From Prosthecobacter sp. (GTDB lineage: Bacteria; Verrucomicrobiota; Verrucomicrobiia; Verrucomicrobiales; Verrucomicrobiaceae), in contig JAWLBG010000007.1 of NCBI GenBank assembly GCA_041395065.1, positions 46,165-110,164 of the forward strand: a stretch of DNA of 64,000 bases, written 5' to 3'. The notes beneath the pieces are model-generated. The model was given only the letters and a program-made list of their open reading frames with translations. It was not told where the DNA came from and searched no databases. Below, piece by piece: positions 28,092-38,109 of the stretch (position 1 is the first letter of the stretch; each line of letters begins with the position of its first letter). Position numbers and translations under genes: made by a program.

Positions 28092-29849
28092 ATGCGCCTC
28101 GCCATCCTTGTTGCCTCACTCTTCGTTGTGGTTTCCGCTTTCGCCGCGGAGCGGCGCCCCAACTTCATTCTCATCTACACTGACGACCATGGCCATGCCG
28201 ACCTGGGAGTTCTTGGCATCGAGAAGGATCTCAAAACGCCAAACATCGACGCGCTGGCGCGCAGCGGCGTGATCGCCAGGCACGGCTACAGCACCGCGCC
28301 GCAGTGCGTGCCGTCGCGCGGCGGATTGATGGTTGGGAAATTTCAGGGGAGGTTCAATCTCGACAACAACGGTTCCGCACTCGACGGCTTCAACAAGGAG
28401 ACGACCATCGCCGCCCGTCTGCAAAATGTGGGCTATGCGACCGCGCATTTCGGCAAGTGGCACCTCGGACCGACGCCCGCGATTCCCACGCACGGTTTCA
28501 AGCACTCGTTCTCCCAGAACGCCCAGCGTCCGTTTTCCTCGAATATCACGCTCGACGGCAGGGACCAGCCCATGGGAGATCTTCCGCCCTCGATGTATCA
28601 CATTGACGGCTGCTCAAAGGCCGCCGCGTCGATCATCGAGCGCTACAAGGACGAGCCGTTCTTCCTTTACATCGCCTTCCGTGCGCCGCACACGCCGCTC
28701 GATGCGCCGCAGAGCTACAAGGACCGCTTTCCCGGCGAGATGCCGGAGCGCCGCCGCGCCGCGCTCGGCATGCTGGCCGCCGTGGATGACGGTGTCGGGC
28801 TCATCACAAGCACATTGAAGAAACACGGCCTCACCGAGAACACGCTGATCTTCCTGATCGGTGACAACGGCGCGCCGCTGAAGATCCACAAGACGGATTC
28901 GCCGCTGCAGGGTGACCCAGGCGGCTGGGACGGCAGCCTGAACACGCCGCTCAACGGCGAGAAGGGCATGCTCTCTGAAGGCGGCATGCACGTGCCATTT
29001 GTCATCGCATGGCCGGGCGCAATTCCCGGCGGCCGAATCTATGAGCATCCCGTCAGCGCGCTCGACGTTGCCGCCACGGCCGCTGCACTGGCCGAGGTGA
29101 AGGTGAATCCCGGCGATCTCGACGGCGTGAATCTGATTCCGCATCTCACCGGCGAAAACAAGGCGCCGCCGCATGAGACTCTCGTCTGGCGCTGGATGGC
29201 GCAGAGCGCCATTCGCGAGGGGAAATGGAAGCTGCTGCGCGGTGGCGAGCGCGAGTACCTCTACGATCTCGAGACCGACCTTGAGGAAAAACACAATCTC
29301 GCCTCGCAGGAACCGGCAATCGCCGCCCGCCTCCGCACCAAGCTCAAAACGTGGGGCGACGGACTCAACCCGCCGGGCATGGCTCTCGGGCCGATGTCGC
29401 CTGTGTGGAACGACTACTTTGACTTTTATCTCGAAGGCAAACCCGTCCCGGTGCCCGTCGCCAAAACGGTGCCTGTATCGCAGACCGACGGATGGGAAGG
29501 CCGCAACGGTGCGCTCGCTGCTAAAGACGGCCTTTTCATTTTCACACCCGAGAAGGCTGACAAGCCTTCCTTCATCACGAAAGCCAGGCTCAAGCTCCCC
29601 GGTCCTGTCACCGCCAGGATCACCCTCAAGACCGCCGCCGTCGGCAGCGCGGCGATCGCTTGGCGCTTGAGTGACGACAAAGATTTTCTCCCGGCCAATC
29701 GCCTCACCTTTCCCCTCGAAGCCACGTCCGACTGGCAGACGCACACGCTGAAAATCCCCACCACCGGCCGTGTCATCCACGTTCGTGTTCATATCCCTGC
29801 TGGCGCTGCTGAATTCCGCACGCTCGACTTCAAACCTGCCGCCCGATGA
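28092..29849 (+). CDS. Sulfatase (formylglycine type) with C-terminal beta-sandwich
   Basis: [32 protein letters not shown]. Confidence 0.95.
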   Translation: MRLAILVASLFVVVSAFAAERRPNFILIYTDDHGHADLGVLGIEKDLKTPNIDALARSGVIARHGYSTAPQCVPSRGGLMVGKFQGRFNLDNNGSALDGFNKETTIAARLQNVGYATAHFGKWHLGPTPAIPTHGFKHSFSQNAQRPFSSNITLDGRDQPMGDLPPSMYHIDGCSKAAASIIERYKDEPFFLYIAFRAPHTPLDAPQSYKDRFPGEMPERRRAALGMLAAVDDGVGLITSTLKKHGLTENTLIFLIGDNGAPLKIHKTDSPLQGDPGGWDGSLNTPLNGEKGMLSEGGMHVPFVIAWPGAIPGGRIYEHPVSALDVAATAAALAEVKVNPGDLDGVNLIPHLTGENKAPPHETLVWRWMAQSAIREGKWKLLRGGEREYLYDLETDLEEKHNLASQEPAIAARLRTKLKTWGDGLNPPGMALGPMSPVWNDYFDFYLEGKPVPVPVAKTVPVSQTDGWEGRNGALAAKDGLFIFTPEKADKPSFITKARLKLPGPVTARITLKTAAVGSAAIAWRLSDDKDFLPANRLTFPLEATSDWQTHTLKIPTTGRVIHVRVHIPAGAAEFRTLDFKPAAR

Positions 29850-31765
29850 CCAGACATCTCGCCATCCTCCTTTCCTCATTCCTCATTCTGGTTTCGTCAT
29901 TCGCTGCGGAGCAGCGCCCGAACGTGCTGTTCATTCTCGCGGACGATCTCGGCTGGGCGGACACCACGCTCTACGGCCACACGAGTTTTTACAAGACGCC
30001 GAACGTCGAGCGGCTGGCGAAGCGCGGCATGACATTCATGCGGGCGTATTCGGCCAGCCCGTTGTGCTCGCCCACACGCTCGGCCATTCTCACGGGACTC
30101 AGTCCAGCACGAACAGGCATCACCACGCCGAACTGCCACATGCCGCAGGTCATCCTCGAGGCGAAGACGGGAACGAAAGCGCCGCCTGATCAGAAGGCGA
30201 TCCAGCCCGTGCCACCGACGCGGTTGAAGCCAGAATACCGCACGCTGGCGGAGACCTTGAAGGACGCGGGCTACGCCACCGGCCACTTCGGCAAATGGCA
30301 TCTCGGACCGGAGCCGTATTCGCCGTTGCAGCAGGGATTCGATGTCGATGTGCCGCATCATCCCGGGCCGGGGCCGGCGGGCAGCTACGTCGCGCCGTGG
30401 AAGTTTGCCGACTTCGATCACGATCCCGACATTCCCAATGAACACATCGAGGATCGAATGGCGAAGGAGGCCGTCGCCTTCATGGAGAAGCACAAGGACG
30501 AGCCCTTCTACCTCAACTACTGGATGTTCAGCGTGCATGCGCCCTTTGATGCGAAAAAGGCGCTCATCGAGAAGTATCGCAAAGTCGTGGACCCCACGGA
30601 TCTGCAACGCAGCCCGACCTACGCGGCGATGATCGAAAGCATGGACGACGCCATCGGCACGTTGCTCGACACGCTCGACCGTCTCAAGCTCGCCGATCAC
30701 ACGATCATCGTCTTCACCTCCGACAACGGCGGCAACATGTACAACGAAGTCGATGGCACCACGCCGACCAGCAACCGGCCGCTGCGCGGCGGCAAGGCCA
30801 CGATGTTCGAAGGCGGCGTGCGCATGCCCTGCATCGTCGCCTGGCCCGGCCTCACCACCGCCGGAACGCGCAGCGACGCACTGGTGCAGAGCGAGGACTT
30901 TTATCCCACGCTGCTCGAAGCGCTGTCACTGAAAACCGCCGAGGGCCAGCGCTTCGACGGCACCAGCATCCTTCCCGCGCTCAAAGGTGACGCGCTCGCG
31001 GGCAAGGCCATATTCCAATACTTCCCGCACAATCCTTCCGTGCCCGACTGGCTGCCGCCCGCCGTTTCGGTGCATCGCGATGACTGGAAGCTCATCCGCA
31101 TCTTCCACGGCGGTCAGAACGGCGCGCATCGTTACCTGCTCTTCAACCTTCGCGACGACCTCGGCGAGAGGCACAACCTCGCCGCTCAGAAACCTGAACT
31201 CGTCGCCGAACTCGACGCGTTGATCGACCGCTTCCTCGCCGATACGCACGCGGTGGTTCCCGTGCCGAATCCCGCCTTTGATCCGACGAAGTATCACCCC
31301 GAACTCGAAGGCAAGGCGAAGCTCAAAGGGGAAGGAAAAGCGAAGGCGCCCGCGAAAGGCAAGGCGAAGGACGACGGCGATCCCGCGTTGCAAGGCTGGA
31401 AGGCGCGCGATTGCAAAGCGGTGGTCAACGACGGCATCGTGACGATCACCAACATCGGCAGTGAATGCTTCCTCGGCTTCTCCGCCGGCAGACACACCGG
31501 ACCCACGACGGTGAGATTCCGCATCAAGGCCAAAGCCGGGAAGTCACACTTCGACTGGCTCGCCAATAGCACCGAAGCCCAGACGCGGCGCGTTCCATTT
31601 ACGCTCAAAGGCGGCGAATGGGAGGAAGTCACCCTCGAGCTTCCCGCCACCGAATCGCTCGGCATCGTGCGTCTGTATCTGCCCATGCAGGAGCAGCCCG
31701 TGCAAATCGACTGGATCGAACTTGCTTCAAAAAACGGCGGCAAACCCACGCGAACGGGTTTTTGA
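29846..31765 (+). CDS. Sulfatase (formylglycine type) with C-terminal beta-sandwich
   Basis: [40 protein letters not shown]. Confidence 0.95.
   Translation: MTRHLAILLSSFLILVSSFAAEQRPNVLFILADDLGWADTTLYGHTSFYKTPNVERLAKRGMTFMRAYSASPLCSPTRSAILTGLSPARTGITTPNCHMPQVILEAKTGTKAPPDQKAIQPVPPTRLKPEYRTLAETLKDAGYATGHFGKWHLGPEPYSPLQQGFDVDVPHHPGPGPAGSYVAPWKFADFDHDPDIPNEHIEDRMAKEAVAFMEKHKDEPFYLNYWMFSVHAPFDAKKALIEKYRKVVDPTDLQRSPTYAAMIESMDDAIGTLLDTLDRLKLADHTIIVFTSDNGGNMYNEVDGTTPTSNRPLRGGKATMFEGGVRMPCIVAWPGLTTAGTRSDALVQSEDFYPTLLEALSLKTAEGQRFDGTSILPALKGDALAGKAIFQYFPHNPSVPDWLPPAVSVHRDDWKLIRIFHGGQNGAHRYLLFNLRDDLGERHNLAAQKPELVAELDALIDRFLADTHAVVPVPNPAFDPTKYHPELEGKAKLKGEGKAKAPAKGKAKDDGDPALQGWKARDCKAVVNDGIVTITNIGSECFLGFSAGRHTGPTTVRFRIKAKAGKSHFDWLANSTEAQTRRVPFTLKGGEWEEVTLELPATESLGIVRLYLPMQEQPVQIDWIELASKNGGKPTRTGF
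29872..29906 (+). repeat. Degenerate heptamer tandem repeat inside a signal peptide
   Basis: TTCCTCA TTCCTCA TTCTGGT TTCGTCA TTCGCTG. Confidence 0.55.
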
Positions 31766-31775
31766 TGGTGGTGCC

Positions 31776-32654
31776 ATGCACCGCTTGATTCTCTTCCCGC
31801 TTGTCTGTCTCCTTTCTCAGTGCTCCTCCCGTCCGGGAGGCACATCGGGCAGCCTGCCGCCGAATTCCTGGGGCAAGCCGCAGATCATCAATGTGTCGGC
31901 GTACGATCCCAAGGAAAAGCAGCGGGCGGGGGTTGGCTACTCCGAGCACGATGTGGCTGCGCTGCGTCGGAACGGTGCCAGCGGCCTGATTGCGCGGGTG
32001 GGGAAGGGCGGCAATCTCGACGAAAAATGCGCGAACTTCCTCGCGTCGGCGGATCGCGCCGGGTTGCTTCCCGGCGTCTACTATCGTGTGCAGCGGCATG
32101 TGGATCCGGTCGCACAGGCGGATCAGATGGTGAACCGCGCCTTGTCGCTCGCCCGTAGTCGTTCGTGGAGCGCTCCGTCGCTGCTGCTGTGTGGTGACTT
32201 TGACGGTGATCTGAGCCTCTCAGCCATCCTGCGTTTCATGGACCGCGTCGAATCACGCACCGGCGTTGTCCCCGTCGCCTATCTCGAAAACAGCACGCAG
32301 CTCAAGCAGACGCTCAGCGGCGCGGATGCGGCCACGAAGGCCAAGCTGCGCCGCATGCCCTACTGGCTGGCGCTCTACGCGCACGACAGTGGCGCGGGTC
32401 CCGTCTATCCCGCGCCGGGTAATCCCCACGGCTTGGTGAAGCAGTACAAGGTCTGGTCCGACTGGACGATGTGGCAGTACGGGGGCGTCGATTGGGAACG
32501 CGGTCGCTCGCGGCCGAAGGTCTACAATCACGGCCTCCACCGCAATTCGCCTTACTTTGGCAATCTCGACCGCCCCACCGAGCGCAGCGTCTTCAACGGC
32601 TCCCACGCCGCACTGCAGTCGTTCTGGCAGCAGCATGGCCTTCCTCTTCGCTGA
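31776..32654 (+). CDS. GH25-like (lysozyme M1 family) lipoprotein
   Basis: Signal with Cys; INVSAYD, GVYY, QAD, PVAY, YWLALY, WTMWQY, SVFNGS. Confidence 0.75.
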   Translation: MHRLILFPLVCLLSQCSSRPGGTSGSLPPNSWGKPQIINVSAYDPKEKQRAGVGYSEHDVAALRRNGASGLIARVGKGGNLDEKCANFLASADRAGLLPGVYYRVQRHVDPVAQADQMVNRALSLARSRSWSAPSLLLCGDFDGDLSLSAILRFMDRVESRTGVVPVAYLENSTQLKQTLSGADAATKAKLRRMPYWLALYAHDSGAGPVYPAPGNPHGLVKQYKVWSDWTMWQYGGVDWERGRSRPKVYNHGLHRNSPYFGNLDRPTERSVFNGSHAALQSFWQQHGLPLR

Positions 32655-32727
32655 GTAAGCGCCGGAAGCGTTCCAGAACCAACTTTTCCCGTGCATCTCG
32701 GCCATTTGCGCCAACAATCCCACGACC

Positions 32728-33765
32728 ATGACTTTTGCCGAGCTTCACCGTATTTATCACCAGCCGTTTTTTGACCTCCTCAAGCAGGCGCGCGCCGTTC
32801 ATGACGAACACTGGAGCGGCAACGAAGTTCAGCTTTGCACCCTTTTGAGCATCAAGACCGGCGGTTGCAGCGAGGACTGTGGCTACTGCGCCCAGAGTGC
32901 ACGCTACACTACCGGCGTGCAGGCGGAGAAACTCATGCCGAAGGAGCAGGTCATGGAGCGCGCCCTCGCCGCGCGTGCGAACGGTTCCACGCGCTTCTGC
33001 ATGGGCGCGGCCTGGAAAGGCGTGCGCAAAGGCACCCAGAAGTTCGACCAGGTGCTCGACATCGTGAGCGACGTGGCCAAGCTCGGCATGGAAGTCTGCG
33101 TCACGCTCGGCGAACTCGGCGCGGAGGAAGCCGCAGATCTCAAACAGGCAGGTGTCACCGCCTACAACCACAACGTGGACACCTCGCCGGAGCATTATCC
33201 GACCATCGTCAGCACGCACAGCTTTGAAGACCGCCTGCGCACTATCCGTCACGCGCAGGATGCCGGCATGTCCGTCTGCTGCGGCGGCATCCTCGGCCTT
33301 GGCGAAACGATCGACGACCGCCTGAAGATGCTGGAGGTCATTTCCAACTTCAATCCGCAGCCGGAAAGCATCCCGATCAACGCGCTCATGCCGATCAAAG
33401 GCACGCCGATGGGCGACAACGAAGTCGTCGATGCATTCTCCTTCGTCCGCATGATCGCCGTCACACGCATCGCCGTGCCGAAAGCCAAGGTGCGCCTCAG
33501 CGCTGGCCGCACGAACCTCAGCCGTGAAGCACAGGCCCTCGCCTACTTCGCCGGCGCGAACTCCATCTTCTACGGCGACAAGCTCCTCACCGCCGCCAAT
33601 CCGCGCGCCAACGAGGACATGAAGCTCCTCCGCGACCTCGGCCTCGCCGCCCAGGAGCCGAACCCCGACCTCGAAGCCCCCGAGGCCATGAACGGTGTCC
33701 CTCTCAGCCCCTGCTGCGACCATTCCTGCGAGAAACAGCAGGAAAAGGCGAGCGCGTGCTGCTGA
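32728..33765 (+). CDS. bioB: Biotin synthase
   Basis: IKTGGCSEDCGYCAQS radical-SAM motif, RFCMG, YNHNVDT, VRLSAGR, AGANSIFYGDKLLT. Confidence 0.97.
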   Translation: MTFAELHRIYHQPFFDLLKQARAVHDEHWSGNEVQLCTLLSIKTGGCSEDCGYCAQSARYTTGVQAEKLMPKEQVMERALAARANGSTRFCMGAAWKGVRKGTQKFDQVLDIVSDVAKLGMEVCVTLGELGAEEAADLKQAGVTAYNHNVDTSPEHYPTIVSTHSFEDRLRTIRHAQDAGMSVCCGGILGLGETIDDRLKMLEVISNFNPQPESIPINALMPIKGTPMGDNEVVDAFSFVRMIAVTRIAVPKAKVRLSAGRTNLSREAQALAYFAGANSIFYGDKLLTAANPRANEDMKLLRDLGLAAQEPNPDLEAPEAMNGVPLSPCCDHSCEKQQEKASACC

Positions 33766-33778
33766 GGCCGAACCCGTC

Positions 33779-35287
33779 ATGATCCGACACGCACTCTGGG
33801 CCGCACTTGCCTTCATTCCGTTGGCAAAGGCTGCCGATTGGCCCATCACAACTGATGCCGCGCCGACGAAGTGGAGCGTGGCCTTGGATCAAAACATCGC
33901 GTGGAAGGTCACGCTACCGGAGACCGGGCAAAACACGCCGCTCGTGCATGGCGGCAAAGTGTTCTTCTCGACGATGAAGCAGGTCGATGCGGACGCGACG
34001 CTCGGCAGCGACATCGTCGCGTGGTGCTGCGATGCGACGAACGGCAAGGTGCTGTGGCAGCGCGAGATCGCAGGCCAGTATCCGCAGCGTTTGTCCGGAT
34101 GCTTCAGCGACAGCACGTCGCCGCCGACGGTGTACGATGGCGAGCGAGTCGTGTTCATCAACGCATCCGGAACGATCGCGTGCTTCGATCTCAACGGCGC
34201 GCCTCTGTGGTCGAAGAAGATCCTGAGCGTGGGCCGCACGCTGCCGATTGTGCATGACGACAAGTTTGTCTTCACGCGTCAGATCTATCCGCCGGAGCCG
34301 GATGGCAACTTCGGGCATCAGTATGCCAACTCGCCTGTTGAGATGTGGACACAGCTTCAGGCGCTCGACCTCAAAACGGGCGAAGTCGCCTGGACGACGA
34401 AGTGCGGCATCAACATGGGCTGTGCGGTACTGCCGCAGAAGCTCAAGGATGGTCGCGACGTGGTCGTGGTGGGACGCGGTGGTGGTCACGGACCGCCTGA
34501 GAAGCCGGATGGTGTGTCGATGGTCGATCTTCGAGACGGCCACACGCTGTGGTCACTCGAACTGCAAGGCTTCATGGCGACGATGAGCTTCAGCGTGCGC
34601 AACGACGAGGTGCACATCTTCCACAAAGGTGAACATCTCTCGATCGATGCGCTGAGCGGCCAGATCGCGCGACGCTGCTCCATCCTGAAGGATGTGCCGG
34701 TGCGGAAATGGAACGACGGTCATCGCATCACGACGACCGAGACGATTCCTGAAACCTCGACACGCATGATCACGCAGACCTCGAATCTGCTCGTCGGTCC
34801 GTATCACTATTTCCGCAGCTACACGCGCCCCTATCTTGGCCGCGTGCAGGTCGAAACCGGAGCCGTCGAGTATCTTGAGCTTCCGCTGCAGCTCGCGCGA
34901 ATCGAAGGCCGGGCGGATGAACTGCGCTGGTTCGTCGAACCGAAGGGCAAAAAAGGGCCGCAGCTCAAGGATCAGGCCATCACCGCGAACGACGTGAAAA
35001 ACTCACGCGGTTTCGTGGTGATGGGCGACAAACGCTCCGTCGGCAACGGCTGGGGCCACATCGCCGCGCCCACGCCCTCGGTCGCCGGACCGAACCTGTA
35101 TGTGACTGTGATGAACGGTACCGTTTACGTCATCGACTGGAACGCTCCGAAGCTCGACGAATCCGCCGTCGTCGCCATCAACGACCTCGGTCCCACCGGC
35201 AAGTCCTACACGCGCGCGAGCCTCTTCTTCGACGGCGGTCACATCTTCGCGCACACGATTCGCGAACTGATCTGCATCGGGGAGTGA
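33779..35287 (+). CDS. Secreted PQQ-like beta-propeller protein
   Basis: ADWP, NIAWKVTLP, DATNGKVLWQ, DLKTGEVAW, IRELICIG. Confidence 0.85.
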   Translation: MIRHALWAALAFIPLAKAADWPITTDAAPTKWSVALDQNIAWKVTLPETGQNTPLVHGGKVFFSTMKQVDADATLGSDIVAWCCDATNGKVLWQREIAGQYPQRLSGCFSDSTSPPTVYDGERVVFINASGTIACFDLNGAPLWSKKILSVGRTLPIVHDDKFVFTRQIYPPEPDGNFGHQYANSPVEMWTQLQALDLKTGEVAWTTKCGINMGCAVLPQKLKDGRDVVVVGRGGGHGPPEKPDGVSMVDLRDGHTLWSLELQGFMATMSFSVRNDEVHIFHKGEHLSIDALSGQIARRCSILKDVPVRKWNDGHRITTTETIPETSTRMITQTSNLLVGPYHYFRSYTRPYLGRVQVETGAVEYLELPLQLARIEGRADELRWFVEPKGKKGPQLKDQAITANDVKNSRGFVVMGDKRSVGNGWGHIAAPTPSVAGPNLYVTVMNGTVYVIDWNAPKLDESAVVAINDLGPTGKSYTRASLFFDGGHIFAHTIRELICIGE

Positions 35288-35356
35288 GGGCTCTCGTCCT
35301 CGTCGGGGAGATTCTGACGCCAGACACGCCGGGTCAGGAGCGTTTTGTCCTTCCCC

Positions 35357-37678
35357 ATGCCTCGCATTCCCGCCATCACCTTTAGTTTTGCCCTGATGGG
35401 TTCGCTTTCCGCCGCCCCGGCGAAGATCGAGTTCAACCGCGACGTCCGGCCCATCCTCTCGGAAAACTGTTTCGCCTGCCACGGCTTCGATCCGAAGCAT
35501 CGCGAAGCCGACCTGCGGCTCGATACGTTTGATGGAGCAACGGAAGACCGCGATGGATCGCGCGGCATCGTGCCGGGAGATCTGGCCAAGTCGGATGTCT
35601 GGCAGCGCATCATCACCGACGACAAGGACGACGTCATGCCGCCGCCGAAATCCCACAAGCCGCCGCTCACGGCCAGGCAACGCGAGGTCTTGAAGGCGTG
35701 GATCGAGCAGGGCGCCCAATACCAGCGTCACTGGGCCTTTGAACCGCCGAAACGGACAACCATCGGCGACGGACATCCGATCGACCATTTCATTCAGGAG
35801 CGCCTCAAGGAAGAGGGGTTGAAACCATCTGCTCCGGCTGATCCCGCCACACTCATCCGGCGTGTCGCCCTCGACCTGACCGGCCTGCCGCCGACTCCCG
35901 CCGAAGTGGATGCTTTTGTGAAGGCGTCGGCGAAGGATGCCGATGCCGCGTATGGCACGCTGGTGAACCGTTTGCTCCAAAGCCCGCACTACGGCGAACG
36001 CTGGGGCCGCTGGTGGCTGGATCAGGCGCGCTACGCGGACTCGAACGGCTACTCGATCGACGCGCCGCGGCAGATCTGGAAATTCCGCGACTGGGTGATC
36101 GACGCGCTGAACAAGGACATGCCTTTCGATCAGTTCACCATCGAACAGCTTGCCGGCGACCTTCTGCCTAAAGCTGGCGAAAGCCAGATCATCGCCACCG
36201 GCTTCCACCGCAACACGCAGATCAATCAGGAGGGTGGCATCGACAAGGAGCAGTTCCGCATCGACAGCGTCTTCGACCGCGTCGCCACCACCGGCACCGT
36301 CTGGCTGGGTCTCAGCATCGGCTGCGCCCAGTGCCACGATCACAAGTTCGATCCCATCGAGCAGAAGGAGTATTACCGCCTGTTTGCCTTTCTGAACAAC
36401 CAGGACGAACCAACCATGAAGGTCTTTGATCCCGACATCGACATCGCCGGACTCACCAAGGAGCAAAAGAAGCTCATCGGAAAAATCGCCACCTATCTTG
36501 AAGACAAAAAGGCTGACCTTGCGAAGTGGGAAAGCACACTCGAGGAAAAGCCGCGCAAACTGCTGAACAAGGACGCGATCAAGACGCTTGCCATTCCCGC
36601 CAAGAAGCGAACCGACGCGAATTACCGCACGCTCTACGGCGCCATGGCCGGCACCGGTGACGGCACGTTCAACACGCTGAACGGCCGCCTCAAGGAAGTG
36701 GAGGAAATTCTCAACGGAGGCACCACCACGCTGGTGATGAAGGAGTTGCCGAAGCCGCGCAAAACGACGGTCTTCATCAAAGGCGACTTCACAAGGCCCG
36801 CCGACGAAGTCACGCCCGGCACACCGAAGGTGCTGCATGCCTTCAACGCGCCGAAAGACCGCCTGCCCAACCGCCTCGATCTGGCGAAGTGGATCGTCAG
36901 CCCGCAGAACCCGCTCACTGCACGCGTGATCGTCAACCGTGTGTGGCAGCAGTACTTTGGCCGCGGCATCGTGGAGACAGAAAACGATTTCGGTGCCCAG
37001 GGCACGCTGCCTTCTCATCCGGAGCTGCTGGACTGGCTGGCCACCGAGTTCACGAAGCACAAGTGGAGCCTCAAGGATCTGCACCGCCTCATCGTCACCT
37101 CCAACACCTACCGGCAGAGCTCTGACAACCGCCCCGAGTTGATCGCCAAAGACCCGCAGAACTACCTCCTCGCCCGCCAGACACGTCTGCGCCTCGATGC
37201 TGAAGTCGTGCGTGATGTCTGCCTGACGGCAAGCGGCCTGCTCTCACCAAAGATCGGCGGTCCGCCGGTGTATCCGCCCATCCCCGACGGCGTAATGGGC
37301 CAGGGCCAGGTGAAGCGCGTGTGGACGGTGAGCAAAGGCGCCGACAAATACCGCCGCGGCCTCTACACCTTCGTCTATCGCGCCTCACCACCGCCGTCTT
37401 TGACCGTCTTTGATGCTCCCGAGGGCTTCAGTTCCTGCACCCGCCGCATCCGCAGCAACACGCCGCTTCAGGCGCTCACGCTGATGAACGATAGCGGCTT
37501 CTTCGAGTTCGCCACCGCCCTTGAAAAGATCATCCAGAAAGACGGCCTCGAAACCGCTTTCAAACGCTGCACCAGCCGTGCGCCGAAACCCGACGAACTC
37601 GCCGTGCTCAAGAAACTCGACACGCTGAACGCCGCACGCGTCCTCCTGAACCTCGACGAAACCGTGACAAGGGAATAG
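35357..37678 (+). CDS. Planctomycete cytochrome c / DUF1549 / DUF1553 protein
   Basis: FNRDVRPILSENCFACHG, HYGERW..WWLD.ARYADS, CAQCHDHKFDP, NPLTARV.VNRVW, NTPLQALTLMN, NLDETVTRE. Confidence 0.95.
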   Translation: MPRIPAITFSFALMGSLSAAPAKIEFNRDVRPILSENCFACHGFDPKHREADLRLDTFDGATEDRDGSRGIVPGDLAKSDVWQRIITDDKDDVMPPPKSHKPPLTARQREVLKAWIEQGAQYQRHWAFEPPKRTTIGDGHPIDHFIQERLKEEGLKPSAPADPATLIRRVALDLTGLPPTPAEVDAFVKASAKDADAAYGTLVNRLLQSPHYGERWGRWWLDQARYADSNGYSIDAPRQIWKFRDWVIDALNKDMPFDQFTIEQLAGDLLPKAGESQIIATGFHRNTQINQEGGIDKEQFRIDSVFDRVATTGTVWLGLSIGCAQCHDHKFDPIEQKEYYRLFAFLNNQDEPTMKVFDPDIDIAGLTKEQKKLIGKIATYLEDKKADLAKWESTLEEKPRKLLNKDAIKTLAIPAKKRTDANYRTLYGAMAGTGDGTFNTLNGRLKEVEEILNGGTTTLVMKELPKPRKTTVFIKGDFTRPADEVTPGTPKVLHAFNAPKDRLPNRLDLAKWIVSPQNPLTARVIVNRVWQQYFGRGIVETENDFGAQGTLPSHPELLDWLATEFTKHKWSLKDLHRLIVTSNTYRQSSDNRPELIAKDPQNYLLARQTRLRLDAEVVRDVCLTASGLLSPKIGGPPVYPPIPDGVMGQGQVKRVWTVSKGADKYRRGLYTFVYRASPPPSLTVFDAPEGFSSCTRRIRSNTPLQALTLMNDSGFFEFATALEKIIQKDGLETAFKRCTSRAPKPDELAVLKKLDTLNAARVLLNLDETVTRE

Positions 37679-37704
37679 GGATAAGAGATCAGGGATGAGG
37701 GATG
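37670..37704 (+). repeat. Left arm: five heptamer repeats (consensus AGGGATG)
   Basis: AGGGAAT AGGGATA AGAGATC AGGGATG AGGGATG; overlaps the upstream stop codon. Confidence 0.9.
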
Positions 37705-37732
37705 CCAAACCACCAACAAAAGACCGGACGCC

Positions 37733-38104
37733 ATGGACTACAAAGACCTCGAAGTTTGGCAACTTGCCCGCGATTTGAGCATCGACATCCACCGCATGAC
37801 GCTGAACGAGCTGCCAAAGTTCGAAATGTATGAGGAAGGGTCGCAGATTCGCCGCTCCTCAAAGTCCATTCGGGCCAACATCGTCGAAGGCTATGGCAAG
37901 CGTCGCTACAAGATGGAGTTCGTCCGCCACCTCACCTACGCCCTCGGCTCGGCACGCGAAACCGAAGATCATCTCAACACGCTTTGGGAAACTGGCTCGC
38001 TGACGAATGAACCCGTTCACCAAGACCTCTGCGGTCGAATCAACACCACCATTGCCAAGCTTGTCGTCTTCACCCGAGGCGTCGAACAAAACCACGAGTC
38101 CTGA
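37733..38104 (+). CDS. Four-helix-bundle protein (23S rRNA IVS protein / Avd-like family)
   Basis: YKDLEVWQLA...LPKFEMY..SQIRRSSKSIRANIVEGYG...ALGSARET. Confidence 0.92.
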   Translation: MDYKDLEVWQLARDLSIDIHRMTLNELPKFEMYEEGSQIRRSSKSIRANIVEGYGKRRYKMEFVRHLTYALGSARETEDHLNTLWETGSLTNEPVHQDLCGRINTTIAKLVVFTRGVEQNHES

Positions 38105-38109
38105 TCGCC

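Noticed and set aside
37733-38104. Diversity-generating retroelement or 23S rRNA intervening sequence
   Set aside because: No reverse transcriptase, template/variable repeat pair or rRNA sequence was seen in the window.
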